Shown here piece by piece: positions 36,487 through 37,712 of a DNA stretch of 37,712 nucleotides. The notes under the pieces were generated by a model. That model made no database searches. It was not told where the DNA came from and saw only the letters and a program-made list of their open reading frames with translations. Position numbers and translations under genes: made by a program. The stretch is from Octopus sinensis. Lineage: Eukaryota. The stretch lies in assembly GCF_006345805.1 (NCBI RefSeq), contig NW_021832322.1, positions 1-37,712 on the forward strand, read 5' to 3'. How positions within the stretch are numbered: position 1 is the first letter of the stretch; each line of letters starts with the position of its first letter.

Positions 36487-36639
36487 CGCTTGAAGTTTAA
36501 AGAATGTTAAAAGAAATAAATATATTTATTCTGATAAAAATATATTTTCAGAAAACATTCTTTCGGATGACGTGAGTATAAACAAAATTATTAAAACAAA
36601 TCCTGAAATCAGTCACAGTTCACTTTTGTAGAATTTCTA

Positions 36640-37272
36640 AATATATAATGTTTTCAGTGTGTCCTTTAATTGGGGTATAAATAAAGAGTTTTGGGACTTC
36701 CAAGTCGCAAATATCCTACATGTAATTGCCCATAAGAGAAGTTGTCTTTGAAATTTGTTTAGCTACATGGCAAAACTTAGTTTCACTGGGAATTGGGGCT
36801 GTTTAAATTCAAAGGGGTGGTCAGATGAGATTAACAGGATCCGTGGAACGAAGACATCGTCACCCTTATATTTCCCTGGGATATAGGGTTGCATCGCTTT
36901 CCCCACAAGTCTGGTGCCATTGCACAGGCGAGGTTGATCCAGATTCCTGAGCAGCATGATTGGGGCCCACTTTTTAAGTGTTAATTTGTGAAATGGCATC
37001 TCAGATGGCTGCAGTGAGTTCAGGTACTCGGTTGGAAAAAAACCTGGCCAATGACAATGTCGATGGATTTGAAAGACTTCTTGTCCTGGCAACAGTTGCA
37101 AGGGATCCCGATTCATTTCATCGACAGCGTCATTACGGGGAGCTAAGATGTCTCGTTCACATATCCGTTTATTGTTGCTAAAGTTTTGTGCAATATTTGG
37201 AACCACATGCATTTTGAGATCATTCACAGTTGGTACTATCTCACCACAGGGTAGTTTGTGTTGTGATAGCAA
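36640..37272 (-). pseudogene. Helitron RepHel PIF1-family helicase, decayed C-terminal part
   Basis: ORF 36763-37272 contains ILAPRNDAVDEMN, FPTEYLNSL..S.MP.HKLTLK..APIMLLRNLDQPRLCNGTRL, PRI.LI and QFPVKLSFAM. After a stop it continues LNKFQRQ (cf. TINKSQGQ) and, frameshifted, FSYGQLHVGYLRLGS (cf. FSHGQLYVA.SRV). It has internal deletions and no introns. Confidence 0.9.
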
Positions 37273-37712
37273 TTCTCCATATAAATGATAGCAAAGTCTG
37301 TATGAAATGAAATTAGATACTGATTCAGTGACAGATCGATGAAGTTAGTAAAGTTTCAACGTTTTTGGTAAAAACGTATTCTCTCTTCTAATTAAATATT
37401 GGAAAAGAGAGAAAATGCTAGCCCCTCTGTTGCAAGAGAAATGAAGTTAACTTGGCTGGTGTACAGTGCATGACATCGCCTCTAACCCTTTCAAGTGTCT
37501 ACTATGTACATGTACGACCTTTAGATATTTATAGGGGGTGAGCAATAGGAGGGTTAAGAGGAAGCTCAGGGAAGAGGAAAATTGGAAGGGTAGGGAGGGA
37601 GTTTTCTCAACCCCCTTCTCCATTACCCGGTGGTATAATTGAGAATGGTATAGGGAAGGATATAGGCATCGCTCCCACTCTCTTTGCCGGCCATTTGTAA
37701 TGTCAGTTATCA

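Noticed and set aside
37540-37600. G-rich tract as a possible G-quadruplex
   Set aside because: Only three closely spaced GGG runs are present, and the fourth is distant or GG only.

Overview
Eukaryotic, AT-rich, microsatellite-saturated DNA with no intact protein-coding gene that I can support. Almost all ORFs in the track are translations of (TA)n, (CA)n, (TATC)n, (AAT)n, (GAT)n or (GAA)n. The SINE types and microsatellite density suggest a coleoid cephalopod, probably Octopus (inference from recall, not a database search). The non-microsatellite DNA is mostly mobile-element debris: three or four tRNA-derived SINE families, two decayed mariner transposases, two R4/Dong-like non-LTR remnants, a CR1/L2-group LINE 3' end, a Helitron helicase remnant, a complete 384-bp non-autonomous Helitron and six foldback/MITE-like inverted repeats. 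The most notable signal is seven minimal type I hammerhead-ribozyme-like motifs in three unrelated short repeat families, probably Penelope-like or retrozyme-like. Two families share a non-canonical core (U4 replaced by C) and the third has the compensatory U3-A8 core. Second, the LINE 3' end and several SINE tails share a covarying 5-bp/4-nt stem-loop. All alignments and folds were done by eye, and no catalytic activity or expression is demonstrated.
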